Positions 18,472 through 28,528 of a stretch of 64,000 nt of DNA are shown here, in pieces. Source of the stretch: an uncultured candidate division Zixibacteria bacterium. GTDB taxonomy: Bacteria > Zixibacteria > MSB-5A5 > GN15 > PGXB01. Below the pieces are notes generated by a model. That model did no database searches. It saw only the letters and a program-made list of their open reading frames with translations, and was not told the DNA's origin. A program made the position numbers and the translations under genes. Positions within the stretch are counted from its first letter, which is position 1, and every line of letters begins with the position of its first letter. The stretch spans positions 1,824,001 to 1,888,000 of the forward strand of contig OY969724.1 in assembly GCA_963702205.1 (NCBI GenBank), read 5' to 3'.

Positions 18472-19866
18472 TTAGGACTTCTTCAGTTCTGCGACTTTTT
18501 TCCTGGCTTCGGCGGCTTTGTCGGGCTTGCCGTTGGTCGAATAAAGGTCGGCCAGCAGTTCCCACACGGCCAGATCCCTGGGATCAAGCTCCACCGCTTT
18601 TTCATAGGCGGGGATAGCCTGCTTGAATTTCTCCTGACGAATCAGGCAGTCGCCCAAACTCACCCAATGGCTTTTGACATCGGGTTCCAGTTTCGTCAAA
18701 ACCTCGTAGGCTTTTTCGGCGTTTTCGTTGTTGCCCCGAACGACGCTGACGACCGCGTACTGCTCGACGGCCCTGGCATTGTCCGGTTCTTTTTCGAACA
18801 CGACTTTAAGATAAGCCGCCGATGAATCCAGCGCCGCATCGCGTTCGGCCATAAAGCTTTTGGCCGCGGTTTCATTGCCGTCCTGCTGAGCGGTTTTGAC
18901 CGAATCAGACAATCCCGAAGATTTCTGCAGGAAATAGCGGCCGTTGTCCAGATAAGAAGCCGTCTGTTCCGGATCGACTGATATAACTTTGGTATTATAA
19001 AAGTAGGCCGAATCGGGCATGCCCGCGTTGGTGAAGCAGATGGCCAGATTAGACATGATACCGGCCCGTACGTCGGTCGCCGATTCCGGCAGCTTGGCCA
19101 GGTACTTTTTGAACCAGGTGATGCTGTTTACCCAGTCTTGTCGCTTAATATAGGCATAGGCGATGTTCTGAAGAAGGCCGATCGAATCGGGGGCCAGTTC
19201 AGAGGCTTTTTTATAATACACCATCGAGGAATCATAGTTTTGTTCCCGGTCGTACACCAATCCCAAACCTTCATAAGAACGAGCGTTGGTCGGGTGAACC
19301 AGTGACGCAATCGTGAAAAAGACCCGGGCGCTGTCGGCAATGCTCTTAAGTTGTTCTTCCATCGACGCCTTTTCGTCGTCGGAGGCCTGGTCCATGTTTT
19401 TTTTGAATTCGTCGTAGTGCTGTACGGTTATGACGCCCTGATTGAAATTTTCTCTCCAGTAAAACTCACCGATCGAATCGACGATTTTGATGAAGTCATC
19501 GCATTTCTTTTTCAGTTTGCTTTTTACGTCTTTGCTATCGCAGCTGGTCATCATGGAATCATAACTGGCCGCCATTTTGGCGATATTGTCGAGGCGTTCG
19601 GCGGGATCGTAGGTGTCATTGGCAAACTGGGCGTAAATGTTACCCTTATAGAAATAAGCTTCAGGATACGGACCGTGGAAAGTAAGGATCGTATCCAAAA
19701 ATCCCAGAGCTTCATCGAGACGCGGCGGTGACGCCAGCATAGCGATTTTAACCGCTTTGATATAAGCATCGGCCGGTTTTACACCCCGGGGCAGTTTGTC
19801 CGCCAGAGTCGGTATTGCCAGCGAAAACAAAATCAACGCAATTATGGTCGCTTTTAAAGATTTCAT
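18472..19866 (-). CDS. Exported tetratricopeptide repeat protein
   Basis: Signal peptide; TPR patterns (LGLVY..A.ELAP, LGDCL..AI.AYEKAVELDP). Confidence 0.85.
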   Translation of the reverse strand: MKSLKATIIALILFSLAIPTLADKLPRGVKPADAYIKAVKIAMLASPPRLDEALGFLDTILTFHGPYPEAYFYKGNIYAQFANDTYDPAERLDNIAKMAASYDSMMTSCDSKDVKSKLKKKCDDFIKIVDSIGEFYWRENFNQGVITVQHYDEFKKNMDQASDDEKASMEEQLKSIADSARVFFTIASLVHPTNARSYEGLGLVYDREQNYDSSMVYYKKASELAPDSIGLLQNIAYAYIKRQDWVNSITWFKKYLAKLPESATDVRAGIMSNLAICFTNAGMPDSAYFYNTKVISVDPEQTASYLDNGRYFLQKSSGLSDSVKTAQQDGNETAAKSFMAERDAALDSSAAYLKVVFEKEPDNARAVEQYAVVSVVRGNNENAEKAYEVLTKLEPDVKSHWVSLGDCLIRQEKFKQAIPAYEKAVELDPRDLAVWELLADLYSTNGKPDKAAEARKKVAELKKS

Positions 19867-19959
19867 ATTTTCCTCCCGATCACGGTTTTCATTCTTTTAA
19901 GCATAACAGGCCTCGAATTTAATATCTTTTCGACGGGGTGTCAAGTTGCAATCCTTATC

Positions 19960-21315
19960 TTAATGAGTGGTACGCACCTTAAAGGTTACGACCGTCTTTC
20001 CATTGGCCGCCACCGGCACGACAAACTTGATCGTGCTGGCATCGGTTTTTTCGTATTCATGCGACGATTGCAGAATCTCCCAGTCGCCGTACAAATTTTT
20101 CTCGATGTTGACCGTAATATCCTGATCCTTATGGTTGCGCAGGGTCATCTCGATGGTCTGCTCGTCGATCTGGTTCGAAATTTTGCTAAAGTCCTTGACT
20201 TTCATCTCGCCCTTGACATCGAAAGCACTGCCGATGGTCAGTTTGACTTCCTCGTCCCTGGGGGTGTGGTCGATGCGGTCCTCGCCGAGGAGGATCATGC
20301 TTTTGTCGGTATCGGCCTTGAAAATGCGGACGCGTCCGGCGGGCAGCGGCATGCCCAGGCCGGTTTCTTTGCTGTTCTTAAATTTCAGTTTGACACTGAC
20401 ACTTTTGTCATCCTGGTCGGGGTTATAATCATACACTTTGTCCACCGCGGTTGTGGCCGGGTCAAAAAGCGATATCTGTTTGATTTCATTGTTGGCCAGT
20501 GTCGCCGGGCGGGGCAGAGTATAGAGATGATATTCGAAGAAGGCCTTTTCTTCGAAGCCGGGGGCCGGGGCCTTGGCCGAGAATTTGAGAGATTCCATCA
20601 TGCCTCGGTCGCGCTGTACCGGGGCGCGATTGATATTTCCGGCCACCAGCTTGAGGGTGGCGTCCGTATAGGTGGCGCCGCTGTTGTTGGTTATCGAGGC
20701 CCAGCCGTTGAGCCCCATTGTTTTTTCGTCGTTGGACAATATCCCGACGTACTCGGCCGTCCAGTTCATACCGCCGGTTTGATAGCTGACGTGCGCGTCG
20801 GCCTTGCCGGTGAAACTCGAATTGTATTTCCAGAACAAGGTCGGTCGGGTAATCAGGCCTTCGGGCAGTTCCGGGAAATTGACATTGACAATCTGGTTGA
20901 GACTTATGATCTGGATTTTATCCGTTTTGTCTCTCAGGACCAGTGATCCCGAAGAGAAAGACAGCAGCGTGCCGCTGAAAAGCTGCCCGTCTTTATTGTA
21001 AAGGTCGATGTCTTTGTCTATGTATTTGGAATAGATTTTGTCTGGGGAAACGAGATCGTAAGCGTAATTCTGCTCGAGTATCGCGACGGATTTGGATTTG
21101 TCGACCAGCTCGAAGCCGACCGAGGTGGCGTCGATGGCGGTGGGCACGTCGACAAATGAAATGATTCCCGTGCCTTTCTGGAATTCCAGCGACCGCGTCT
21201 CGCGGATGACGCCGAGGTTGCTGTTGTATACGGTTACGTGAACGTCGGCGATGGCGGCCGAGGCCAGCAGGGTCAGAAACAATATTATAAACCACATGTT
21301 CTTTGCGGGGCGCAT
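19960..21315 (-). CDS. DUF4139/DUF4140-type exported protein
   Basis: VTVYNSNLGVIRETR, EQNYAYDL, RPTLFW, EYHLYTL, GMPLPAGRVR, GEDRIDHTP. Confidence 0.85.
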   Translation of the reverse strand: MRPAKNMWFIILFLTLLASAAIADVHVTVYNSNLGVIRETRSLEFQKGTGIISFVDVPTAIDATSVGFELVDKSKSVAILEQNYAYDLVSPDKIYSKYIDKDIDLYNKDGQLFSGTLLSFSSGSLVLRDKTDKIQIISLNQIVNVNFPELPEGLITRPTLFWKYNSSFTGKADAHVSYQTGGMNWTAEYVGILSNDEKTMGLNGWASITNNSGATYTDATLKLVAGNINRAPVQRDRGMMESLKFSAKAPAPGFEEKAFFEYHLYTLPRPATLANNEIKQISLFDPATTAVDKVYDYNPDQDDKSVSVKLKFKNSKETGLGMPLPAGRVRIFKADTDKSMILLGEDRIDHTPRDEEVKLTIGSAFDVKGEMKVKDFSKISNQIDEQTIEMTLRNHKDQDITVNIEKNLYGDWEILQSSHEYEKTDASTIKFVVPVAANGKTVVTFKVRTTH

Positions 21316-21532
21316 AGTCTACTCCTTATTTTGAGAACTTTCAAAATACATTCTGTTTTTTATACAAAGACGATTGTGAATTCTTCCCGTTCAGGCAACA
21401 AAAAAAATTTGCATAAGTCAACGAAGCTGTTATCTTCAAGCCGGTTATGTATTTGCTTGAAATGGGGATAAAAAGGGAACCTGTTGGAGCCTGACCGATA
21501 TGACGAACCGGAGTTTGGTTTGAAAGGGAGAT

Positions 21533-22219
21533 TTGATTCTTTTGCAAAATGAAACCAATTATGACCTGAGGCATCTGGTGTGGGCGCCCAATTTATTGTC
21601 GCTGTCACGGCTGGTTCTGGCGCCGATAGTCGGGTATTTTCTCTGGCGAGGAGACGGGTCATCGACATTAATATGTCTGGCTCTATTGACCCTGGCCGGG
21701 ATAACGGATTTTCTCGACGGCTGGCTGGCGCGCCAGCTCAACAAGGTCAGCCCGCTGGGGATAACGCTCGATCCGCTGGCGGATAAATGTCTGGCCGTCA
21801 TTTTGATAATCGAATTGATTTTTTTCAGGGCTTTCCCGTGGTGGCTGGCGGCCTTGATAATCGGTCGGGATTTGTTGATTGTCATACTGGGATTGATAAT
21901 AATGCGCGACCGGCGGGTCTCGCTGCCGTCGAATATCACCGGCAAGTATTATTTTGCGTCGATTATGGTGCTGATTGCTTCATATATAATGAATTTTGAT
22001 TTTGGCCAAATGCTGATGACAGCTATCGTGCTGGCTTTGTTTGCGCTGTCGGCGGTGTTTTATGCCGGCCGTTTTGCGGCGCTGAAAAGGCATCGCAGAC
22101 AGGCGGCGTTCAAAGACCGGGCAGTATTTAAAGCAATCAGGGCGGTGGTGACGATTGCCATAAGCGTCATATATCTTTCAAAATTATATGTCGATATTAT
22201 CGGGCCGGGGTTAAATTAA
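21533..22219 (+). CDS. CDP-alcohol phosphatidyltransferase (PgsA-like)
   Basis: PNLLSLSR; TDFLDGWLAR...GITLDPLADK signature. Confidence 0.9.
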   Translation: MILLQNETNYDLRHLVWAPNLLSLSRLVLAPIVGYFLWRGDGSSTLICLALLTLAGITDFLDGWLARQLNKVSPLGITLDPLADKCLAVILIIELIFFRAFPWWLAALIIGRDLLIVILGLIIMRDRRVSLPSNITGKYYFASIMVLIASYIMNFDFGQMLMTAIVLALFALSAVFYAGRFAALKRHRRQAAFKDRAVFKAIRAVVTIAISVIYLSKLYVDIIGPGLN

Positions 22220-22223
22220 TATC

Positions 22224-22841
22224 ATGATTCAGCTGGAAGCGATTGATCTGTCCAAGTCGTTCGGGGCGCGACGGATTTTCGAAAAGATTTCTTTCTCGAC
22301 CGGCTCCGGCCAAAGCCTGGCGATCACCGGCCCGAACGGTTCCGGAAAGAGCACTATGATCCACATTCTGACCGGGTTGGGGAGGGCCACGTCGGGGACG
22401 GTGCAGTACTCCGGCGATGCGGGCAAGCTGGCGTTCGAAAAGTATCACGATCGCATGAGCGTCGTGACGCCGTACCACGAGCTTTATGACGCTCTGACCG
22501 CTTTTGAAAATGTCGGTTTTTATACCCGGATGTCGGGGCGGGAAGTGTCGCGGCCGGATATGGATGAGGCCTTGAAATCTGTCGGACTGGCCGGGCGGGG
22601 CGACGACGCGGTGGGGTCGTATTCTTCGGGAATGAAACAGCGTCTTAAGTACGCTCTGGCCAGACTGCGCCGGCCGGAAATTCTGCTGCTCGACGAACCG
22701 ACGGCATACCTCGATGAATCAGGCAGGAAGTTGATATTAGAATTTCTTAAATCGGTGAAAAATTCAGCTCTGATAGTCATCGCCACCAATGAACGGGAGG
22801 AGGCGGATTTTGCCGACCGTGTCTGTCAGTTGGGCGGATAA
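22224..22841 (+). CDS. ccmA: Heme exporter ATPase CcmA
   Basis: GPNGSGKS, YSSGMKQR, LLLDEP; precedes ccmBC. Confidence 0.85.
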   Translation: MIQLEAIDLSKSFGARRIFEKISFSTGSGQSLAITGPNGSGKSTMIHILTGLGRATSGTVQYSGDAGKLAFEKYHDRMSVVTPYHELYDALTAFENVGFYTRMSGREVSRPDMDEALKSVGLAGRGDDAVGSYSSGMKQRLKYALARLRRPEILLLDEPTAYLDESGRKLILEFLKSVKNSALIVIATNEREEADFADRVCQLGG

Positions 22842-23493
22842 AATTCTGACCGTGTTCAAGAAGGAAATGTTGTCCGAGTTTCGGACCCGGTATGCCTTCA
22901 ACGCCATTATAATGTTTTCTCTGGTTACTTTGACGGTGGTTTCGTTTTCGCTCGGGATTAACCGGCCGGGACCGGAAGTGATGGCGGCGCTGTTCTGGAT
23001 TATTCTTTTTTTCGCGGCGGCCTCGGGCCTGGCTCAGGTTTTTGTAAAAGAAGAAGAAGCTCATACGGCCGGATATCTGCGGCTTTACGCCCCGGCGACG
23101 GCGGTTTTGATCGGGAAGATAATATTCAACCTGTTTTTATTGATATGCATGGCGGTTTTGCTGGTCCCTCTTTATATAATATTGCTCGATACCGTCCCGC
23201 AGAATTTTACGTTGTTTATAATCGGGCTGCTTCTGGGGATAATCGGGCTGGCCGGTTCGACGACTATAATTGCGGCTATCGTATCACGGGCATCGATTAA
23301 AGGCGCATTGTTCGCAGTACTTTCTTTCCCGGTGTTATTGCCGCTTCTGGTGGCGGCCATCGAGATAACGCTGGTTTCGTTTACCGGCGGGAATTTCGCG
23401 GCGGCTGGGTCGGCTTTGCAACTTTTATTGGCTTATGATGTTGTAATGTTGACGCTGTCAATAATGTTGTTTGATTTTGTCTGGCAACTTTAA
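22810..23493 (+). CDS. ccmB: Heme exporter permease CcmB
   Basis: KKEMLSEFRTR, FVKEEE, LSFPVLLP; GGAGG RBS before TTG 22810 (start uncertain). Confidence 0.85.
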   Translation: MPTVSVSWADKILTVFKKEMLSEFRTRYAFNAIIMFSLVTLTVVSFSLGINRPGPEVMAALFWIILFFAAASGLAQVFVKEEEAHTAGYLRLYAPATAVLIGKIIFNLFLLICMAVLLVPLYIILLDTVPQNFTLFIIGLLLGIIGLAGSTTIIAAIVSRASIKGALFAVLSFPVLLPLLVAAIEITLVSFTGGNFAAAGSALQLLLAYDVVMLTLSIMLFDFVWQL

Positions 23494-23531
23494 TATATTG
23501 GCGGCGTGATTATGGAGAAATAGAATCTATT

Positions 23532-24206
23532 ATGTTGAAATTGTTGATATTCCCCGCCATGGCGCTGGTGATAATCCTGGCGTTCGTTCTTCCGTCGCCG
23601 ATGAACCCCCAGATATCGCTGGGGCCGGTCGACGCCTATCGTATTTTCTATTTCCACGTCCCGGCGGCCTGGGTGGCGGCGCTTTCGTTCGTGGTCGGCA
23701 TGTTTCAATCTATAATGTATCTGCGGACGAAAGACATGGACTACGACCGCAAGGCTCTCGCGGCCAATAAGCTTGGAATCGTGTTTGCGGCGATCGCCCT
23801 CGTAACCGGTTCTATTTTCGCCAAAATGACCTGGGGTGAGTTCTGGAACTGGTCGGAGATCCGTGAGGTGTCGCTGTTTATTCTTTTGCTTATATATGGC
23901 GGCTATTTCGCCCTGCGCTCGGCATTGAACGACGACGACGTGCGGGCATCGTTTTCGGCCGTAATGACGATTATATTTACAGTCGCGGCTCTGTTTTTGA
24001 TTTTTGTCCTGCCGCGCATTTATCCGGCCTTTTCGCAACACCCGAGCGATACCATTGTCGACAATCAGGGCAAGATGTCTTTATCGCCTATGGTTGCAAT
24101 TGTATTCGGTTTATCCATGGTGACTTACACGGCTCTTTACTTCTGGCTGTATGATTTGACGATCCGGGTGGACCGTTATATTTACAAACTTATATCGGAG
24201 AAATAA
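23532..24206 (+). CDS. ccmC: Cytochrome c biogenesis protein CcmC
   Basis: RIFYFHVPAAW, TGSIFAKMTWGEFWNW, QHP. Confidence 0.9.
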   Translation: MLKLLIFPAMALVIILAFVLPSPMNPQISLGPVDAYRIFYFHVPAAWVAALSFVVGMFQSIMYLRTKDMDYDRKALAANKLGIVFAAIALVTGSIFAKMTWGEFWNWSEIREVSLFILLLIYGGYFALRSALNDDDVRASFSAVMTIIFTVAALFLIFVLPRIYPAFSQHPSDTIVDNQGKMSLSPMVAIVFGLSMVTYTALYFWLYDLTIRVDRYIYKLISEK

Positions 24207-24207
24207 T

Positions 24208-24324
24208 ATGGATGTCAACTATATAGTTATGGTCGTCGTATTAATTGTTTGGACGGGAGTATTTTTGTACGTCTGGTCCGTTGACAGGAAACTCAAAACA
24301 CTGGAAAAACGGGATGAAGGCTAA
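24208..24324 (+). CDS. ccmD: CcmD-like small membrane protein (38 aa, not in ORF track)
   Basis: MDVNYIVMVVVLIVWTGVFLYVWSVDRKLKTLEKRDEG: one TM helix plus charged tail, between ccmC and ccmE. Confidence 0.8.
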   Translation: MDVNYIVMVVVLIVWTGVFLYVWSVDRKLKTLEKRDEG

Positions 24325-24709
24325 ATATATAATCGGATCGGTTGTCATCGTTCTTTTCGGCATCTGGGGCACCTCGGCCTTCCTCGAGACGACCGTAAAA
24401 TACGTCTCTTTCGCCCAAGCCGAAAAATCCGGAAAAATCGTCCAGGTCAGCGGTAAGGTCGATTTCGATCAGGTTCATTACGATGCCGATCAAAAACAGC
24501 TGGAATTTGTCATGATCGAGCCGGACAGTCTTCACACCGGAATCGAGAACCGCATGAAAGTCGTGTATCACGGAATCATTCCGGGCAATTTCGATCAGGC
24601 CAAATCGGTCATGGTCCGGGGGAGGGTGACCGACGGTGAATTCGTGGCCGAAAAACTTTATGTCAAATGCCCTTCAAAATATCAAGCCCAGATGGATCAA
24701 TCGGGATAA
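24314..24709 (+). CDS. ccmE: Heme chaperone CcmE, CxxxY variant
   Basis: VVYHGIIPGNF...KCPSKY; start ATG 24314. Confidence 0.9.
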   Translation: MKAKYIIGSVVIVLFGIWGTSAFLETTVKYVSFAQAEKSGKIVQVSGKVDFDQVHYDADQKQLEFVMIEPDSLHTGIENRMKVVYHGIIPGNFDQAKSVMVRGRVTDGEFVAEKLYVKCPSKYQAQMDQSG

Positions 24710-24718
24710 AGGAATATC

Positions 24719-27052
24719 ATGAGTATAACAACAATCGGCGATCTGGCTCTGTTTTTGACTATGATTATGGCGCTGCTCGCGAGCGCGTCGTTTTTTGTCA
24801 CCGCGTCGGGCAAAAGGAATCTGGCCTGGCTCGGCAAGCGCGCGTACGCGCTGCAGTTTGTGTTCGCCATCGCGGCCGCGGTCTATTTGTACTATCTGAT
24901 ATTTTCGCATAATTTTTCGGTGGCGTACGTATATCAATATTCGTCATCGGACATGAACTTTTTCTATACGTTCGCATCGTTCTGGGCCGGGCAGGAAGGC
25001 ACCTACCTGCTCTGGATGCTGCTGACGGGATTCTTCGGGTTCTTCATTCTTAAGTGGGGCCGTCAGTACACCGTCCCGGCGATGGGCTTCTATTCGATAA
25101 TCATACTTTTTTTCTCGGTCGTACTGCTTAACCTGTCGCCGTTCGTAATGCGTGCGTCATCGGCCGCCGAAGGAGCCGGGTTGAACCCATTGCTGATGGA
25201 CCCGTGGATGGTGATCCATCCGCCGGTCATGTTCAGCGGCTTTGCCCTTGGCGGAGCACCGTTCGCGCTGGCGATGGGGGCGATGTGGCGCAGGGATTTC
25301 GCGGGGTGGACCAAAGTCGCCCTGCCGTTTGTTTTGGGCATGGCACTGTTTCTGTTGGCCGGAAATGCCATGGGCGGCTACTGGGCCTACAAGACTCTCG
25401 GATGGGGCGGTTACTGGGCCTGGGATCCGGTCGAGAACACGTCGTTCGTGCCGTGGATAATGTCGCTGGCTTTGATTCACGGATTCCTCGTGGAGCGCCG
25501 TTCGGGAGCGCTGAGACGGTCCAATCTACTTATGGCCTGTTTTGTTTTTCTCCTGACCCTGTATGGAACTTTCCTGACTCGATCCGGTGTCCTGGCCGAT
25601 TTTTCCGTCCATTCGTTTGTCGATATGGGCATAAATTCCTTCCTGATATTCTTCATGCTCCTGTTTGTCGTGCTGATATTGTTGGTGTTCTGGAAATCCC
25701 ACTCGGAAGACAGAATCGGCAAACCGCTCAACTATAATATAATGTCGCGAGAATTTATTTTATTTGTCGGGATGATGCTGCTGTTCGTAGTCGGGATCAT
25801 TGTCGAGTTCTGGGCGTCACTGCCTTTGGTTACGCGCTACCTGACCGATAACCCGTCGGCCGCCGAAGTGGCCACTTATAATGCTTTCGCTTTCCCTCTG
25901 GCGATTTTGATCGCGCTCTTCCTGACGCTTACACCGCTTGTGAACGGGTCGGAAAAACACCTGAAAAGCTCCATGAAATGGGCGATGATGTCTTTTGGGG
26001 CGGCTCTGGCATTGGCGGTCATAGCTTTCTTTACTGCGGGCATTAATCCGGCCATCGCGCTGGTAATTACGATATATCTGGGGACCTGTTTTACGTATCT
26101 GCAGTTCGTGTCGATACGCAGCCGCCTGCTGTTGTCGATGGGGATTGGCGCCGGGGCGGTAATTATCGCGTTGCTGCTCGGAGCGCACGATCTGGCCAAC
26201 CTGTTCTTTATCGGAGCGGCGGCCAGCGCGGCCAGTGCCCAGATCGATACGGCGCTCAGGATAGTCAAGGTAAAACCGCTGGCGGCCGGCGGGTATGTCT
26301 GTCATCTCGGATTCGGCCTGATGCTTCTTGGGATTATCTCATCGTCGGCCTACGCGCAAAGCGAAAAAATCAGCCTGCCGCGCGGCCAGGTTAAGGAAGT
26401 GTTCGGGTATAATGTAATTTATCGCGGTATGGACGGGACCATAATGAACGACAACAACCAGTTGCTGATATCCATGAATAATGCCAGGACATCTCTCGAA
26501 GCGCGTCCCGATTATTTCTTCGTTCCCCGTATGAACGCCTATATGAAACGGCCCTATATAGATAAAAGCTTTTTGCTCGACCTGTATGTGTCGCCGATAG
26601 AACTTATCGACCACGGCCAGGCCGGTGGTTTAAAACTGATTAAAGGTGACTCTGCGACGGTCGGCGACTATCAGATAAAATTCGTCGACTTCGATATGGG
26701 AGATCATGGCTCGCCTGGCAAAATTTCTGTCGGGGCGACGCTTGAAGTAACGCACGACGGACGGACCGAGACGGTTGAGCCGAAGTTGAATATGGGTGAC
26801 GAAACCGGCGGGAAGCTGGAATCGACTCCTATTAAGCTATTTAAAGGCAGCGATTTGATGGTTAGTATCGACCGGGTTTCTCCGACCGAACGTTCGGTGG
26901 TGCTGGATATACCGGGGTTGGCCGAAGTAGCTGCACCCGATGAACTGGTGCTCGATGTGACCAAAAAGCCGGGGATAAGTTTGCTCTGGCTCGGAACGAT
27001 TTTGGCCCTTGGGGGCGTCGCGATGATAGCGGTTTACCGCCGCCGACCATAA
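24719..27052 (+). CDS. ccmF: Heme lyase CcmF
   Basis: WAGQEGT, GLNPLL, IHPP, WAYKTLGWGGYWAWDPVEN, TFLTRSG, SVHSF. Confidence 0.95.
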   Translation: MSITTIGDLALFLTMIMALLASASFFVTASGKRNLAWLGKRAYALQFVFAIAAAVYLYYLIFSHNFSVAYVYQYSSSDMNFFYTFASFWAGQEGTYLLWMLLTGFFGFFILKWGRQYTVPAMGFYSIIILFFSVVLLNLSPFVMRASSAAEGAGLNPLLMDPWMVIHPPVMFSGFALGGAPFALAMGAMWRRDFAGWTKVALPFVLGMALFLLAGNAMGGYWAYKTLGWGGYWAWDPVENTSFVPWIMSLALIHGFLVERRSGALRRSNLLMACFVFLLTLYGTFLTRSGVLADFSVHSFVDMGINSFLIFFMLLFVVLILLVFWKSHSEDRIGKPLNYNIMSREFILFVGMMLLFVVGIIVEFWASLPLVTRYLTDNPSAAEVATYNAFAFPLAILIALFLTLTPLVNGSEKHLKSSMKWAMMSFGAALALAVIAFFTAGINPAIALVITIYLGTCFTYLQFVSIRSRLLLSMGIGAGAVIIALLLGAHDLANLFFIGAAASAASAQIDTALRIVKVKPLAAGGYVCHLGFGLMLLGIISSSAYAQSEKISLPRGQVKEVFGYNVIYRGMDGTIMNDNNQLLISMNNARTSLEARPDYFFVPRMNAYMKRPYIDKSFLLDLYVSPIELIDHGQAGGLKLIKGDSATVGDYQIKFVDFDMGDHGSPGKISVGATLEVTHDGRTETVEPKLNMGDETGGKLESTPIKLFKGSDLMVSIDRVSPTERSVVLDIPGLAEVAAPDELVLDVTKKPGISLLWLGTILALGGVAMIAVYRRRP

Positions 27053-27298
27053 GGTTCGGAACGGTTGGGCCTTTTTTTATAAATATGCCCGTGATGCCCA
27101 AAATAAATTTACAAGACTTTTGGGACAATAAGATTATGCCGGTCAATGACATATTTAAAAACAGAACGAACTGGACAAAAGAAGTCCATAATATTTTAAA
27201 AAAAAGTCTTGTTTTTTCAAAAAAATTCGATATTCTTTGCAACGAAGCCAATTCTATTGGCGTATAACATATGCCTTACACATAGTCCCTCCCAGAAG

Positions 27299-27331
27299 GA
27301 TGTCGCCTTAACCGGCGGCATCTTTTATTTT
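27299..27331 (+). terminator. Orphan intrinsic terminator
   Basis: GATGTCGCC-TTAACC-GGCGGCATC-TTTTATTTT. Confidence 0.65.
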
Positions 27332-27445
27332 GAGGGAGGCTTTTTCTATTGACTTGGGGGCAGGCACTTACGATATTGTTTTATCTCGAAAGAGTACCAA
27401 CTTACAACAATATTTGGCTTTCGTAATGACTTACAGAGGTTGACA

Positions 27446-27835
27446 ATGCCATTTAATATGAATTTTACCATTGATGTCGATCCGGAACGTCGTTTGGTTC
27501 TGGAAAAAATCTATGGTATCTGGAAACAAGAAACGGCTGAGGATTATTATAAGGAATTCTCCGACGCGGTGGCTCCTTTGACCGACGGCAAGTGGGCCAA
27601 ACTCATAAACTTATGCAACTGGAAATCGTCGTATCCGGAAATCCTCGAAGTTATCGGCAAACATTTGAAATGGTGCCGTGAGCACGGTATGGTCTGGTCG
27701 ATCAATATAATCGACAACCCGACCACCATCAAACAGCTCAAAAAGATGTTTGCGATCGGGGGCACCGAGGAAATCAGCAAGATTTTCAAAACCCAGGAAG
27801 AGGGCGAGAAATTCCTTAGAAGCCAGGGTTTTTAG
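27446..27835 (+). CDS. Hypothetical protein, possibly STAS/SpoIIAA-like alpha/beta fold
   Basis: IYGIW...WAKLINL..WK...IFKTQEEGEKFL pattern; start uncertain. Confidence 0.6.
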   Translation: MPFNMNFTIDVDPERRLVLEKIYGIWKQETAEDYYKEFSDAVAPLTDGKWAKLINLCNWKSSYPEILEVIGKHLKWCREHGMVWSINIIDNPTTIKQLKKMFAIGGTEEISKIFKTQEEGEKFLRSQGF

Positions 27836-27972
27836 TCGCGGGTCCGTCTGCAGTCTTTTTCAATATCCGTGATTAATCGTTCATCGTGGAATATGCCGGG
27901 CCGCATTGCATGCAGCCTATGTTATTTTATTGCACGGCGTTAGCTGTTCAGTGACATCATCCGAAAGATGGC

Positions 27973-28479
27973 ATGAAATTTACAGTATATGATACTGATA
28001 AAATGGATGCCACCATAAGAGACATATTCGGTTTCGGGAATTTTATGTTCCTGTCGGGGCTTGTCGCCGCCGGGCTGTTTTTTGCCATGGCCGCCCTGAG
28101 GGAAATGCAGACCGGGACAGTCGAAGCGCTGTTGTTTCTGGCGCTGTCCATCTTTTTTTTCATAGTCCATTTCGTTTTGATAGGTGTCAATTACAATATC
28201 CCGACTTTGGGTGTTTTCCAGAATAATTATACCGTGCAAAGCTGGTTTCTCGAAGTACTCGGACCGGCCGTGGTGCTGCTATTGATGTTGATTGGGGCTT
28301 TAAATATAGTACAGCAGCGTTTCAGCGAAGCCGTGATTAAGCTGGTTTTCGGTTTGGGGATTTGGGCACTTTTGAATGAAATGGGCCGGGCCTGCCCGGA
28401 GCCCGCTAAAATAGTTCTATTGGTCCTGACCGCCGCAACCTGGATCGGTTTGGAACTTCGCGCTACGCCGGAAATGTAA
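27973..28479 (+). CDS. Hypothetical membrane protein
   Basis: About 5 hydrophobic segments; start may be ATG 28003. Confidence 0.6.
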   Translation: MKFTVYDTDKMDATIRDIFGFGNFMFLSGLVAAGLFFAMAALREMQTGTVEALLFLALSIFFFIVHFVLIGVNYNIPTLGVFQNNYTVQSWFLEVLGPAVVLLLMLIGALNIVQQRFSEAVIKLVFGLGIWALLNEMGRACPEPAKIVLLVLTAATWIGLELRATPEM

Positions 28480-28528
28480 CCGGCCCTGACTTGATTTAAT
28501 TCCAATAAAAATCTATATATTTACCCCC

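Noticed and set aside
27969..27984. Sigma54-like TGGCATG-N4-TTACA
   Set aside because: The -12 element lacks the conserved GC and the site overlaps the predicted start codon; too weak to call.
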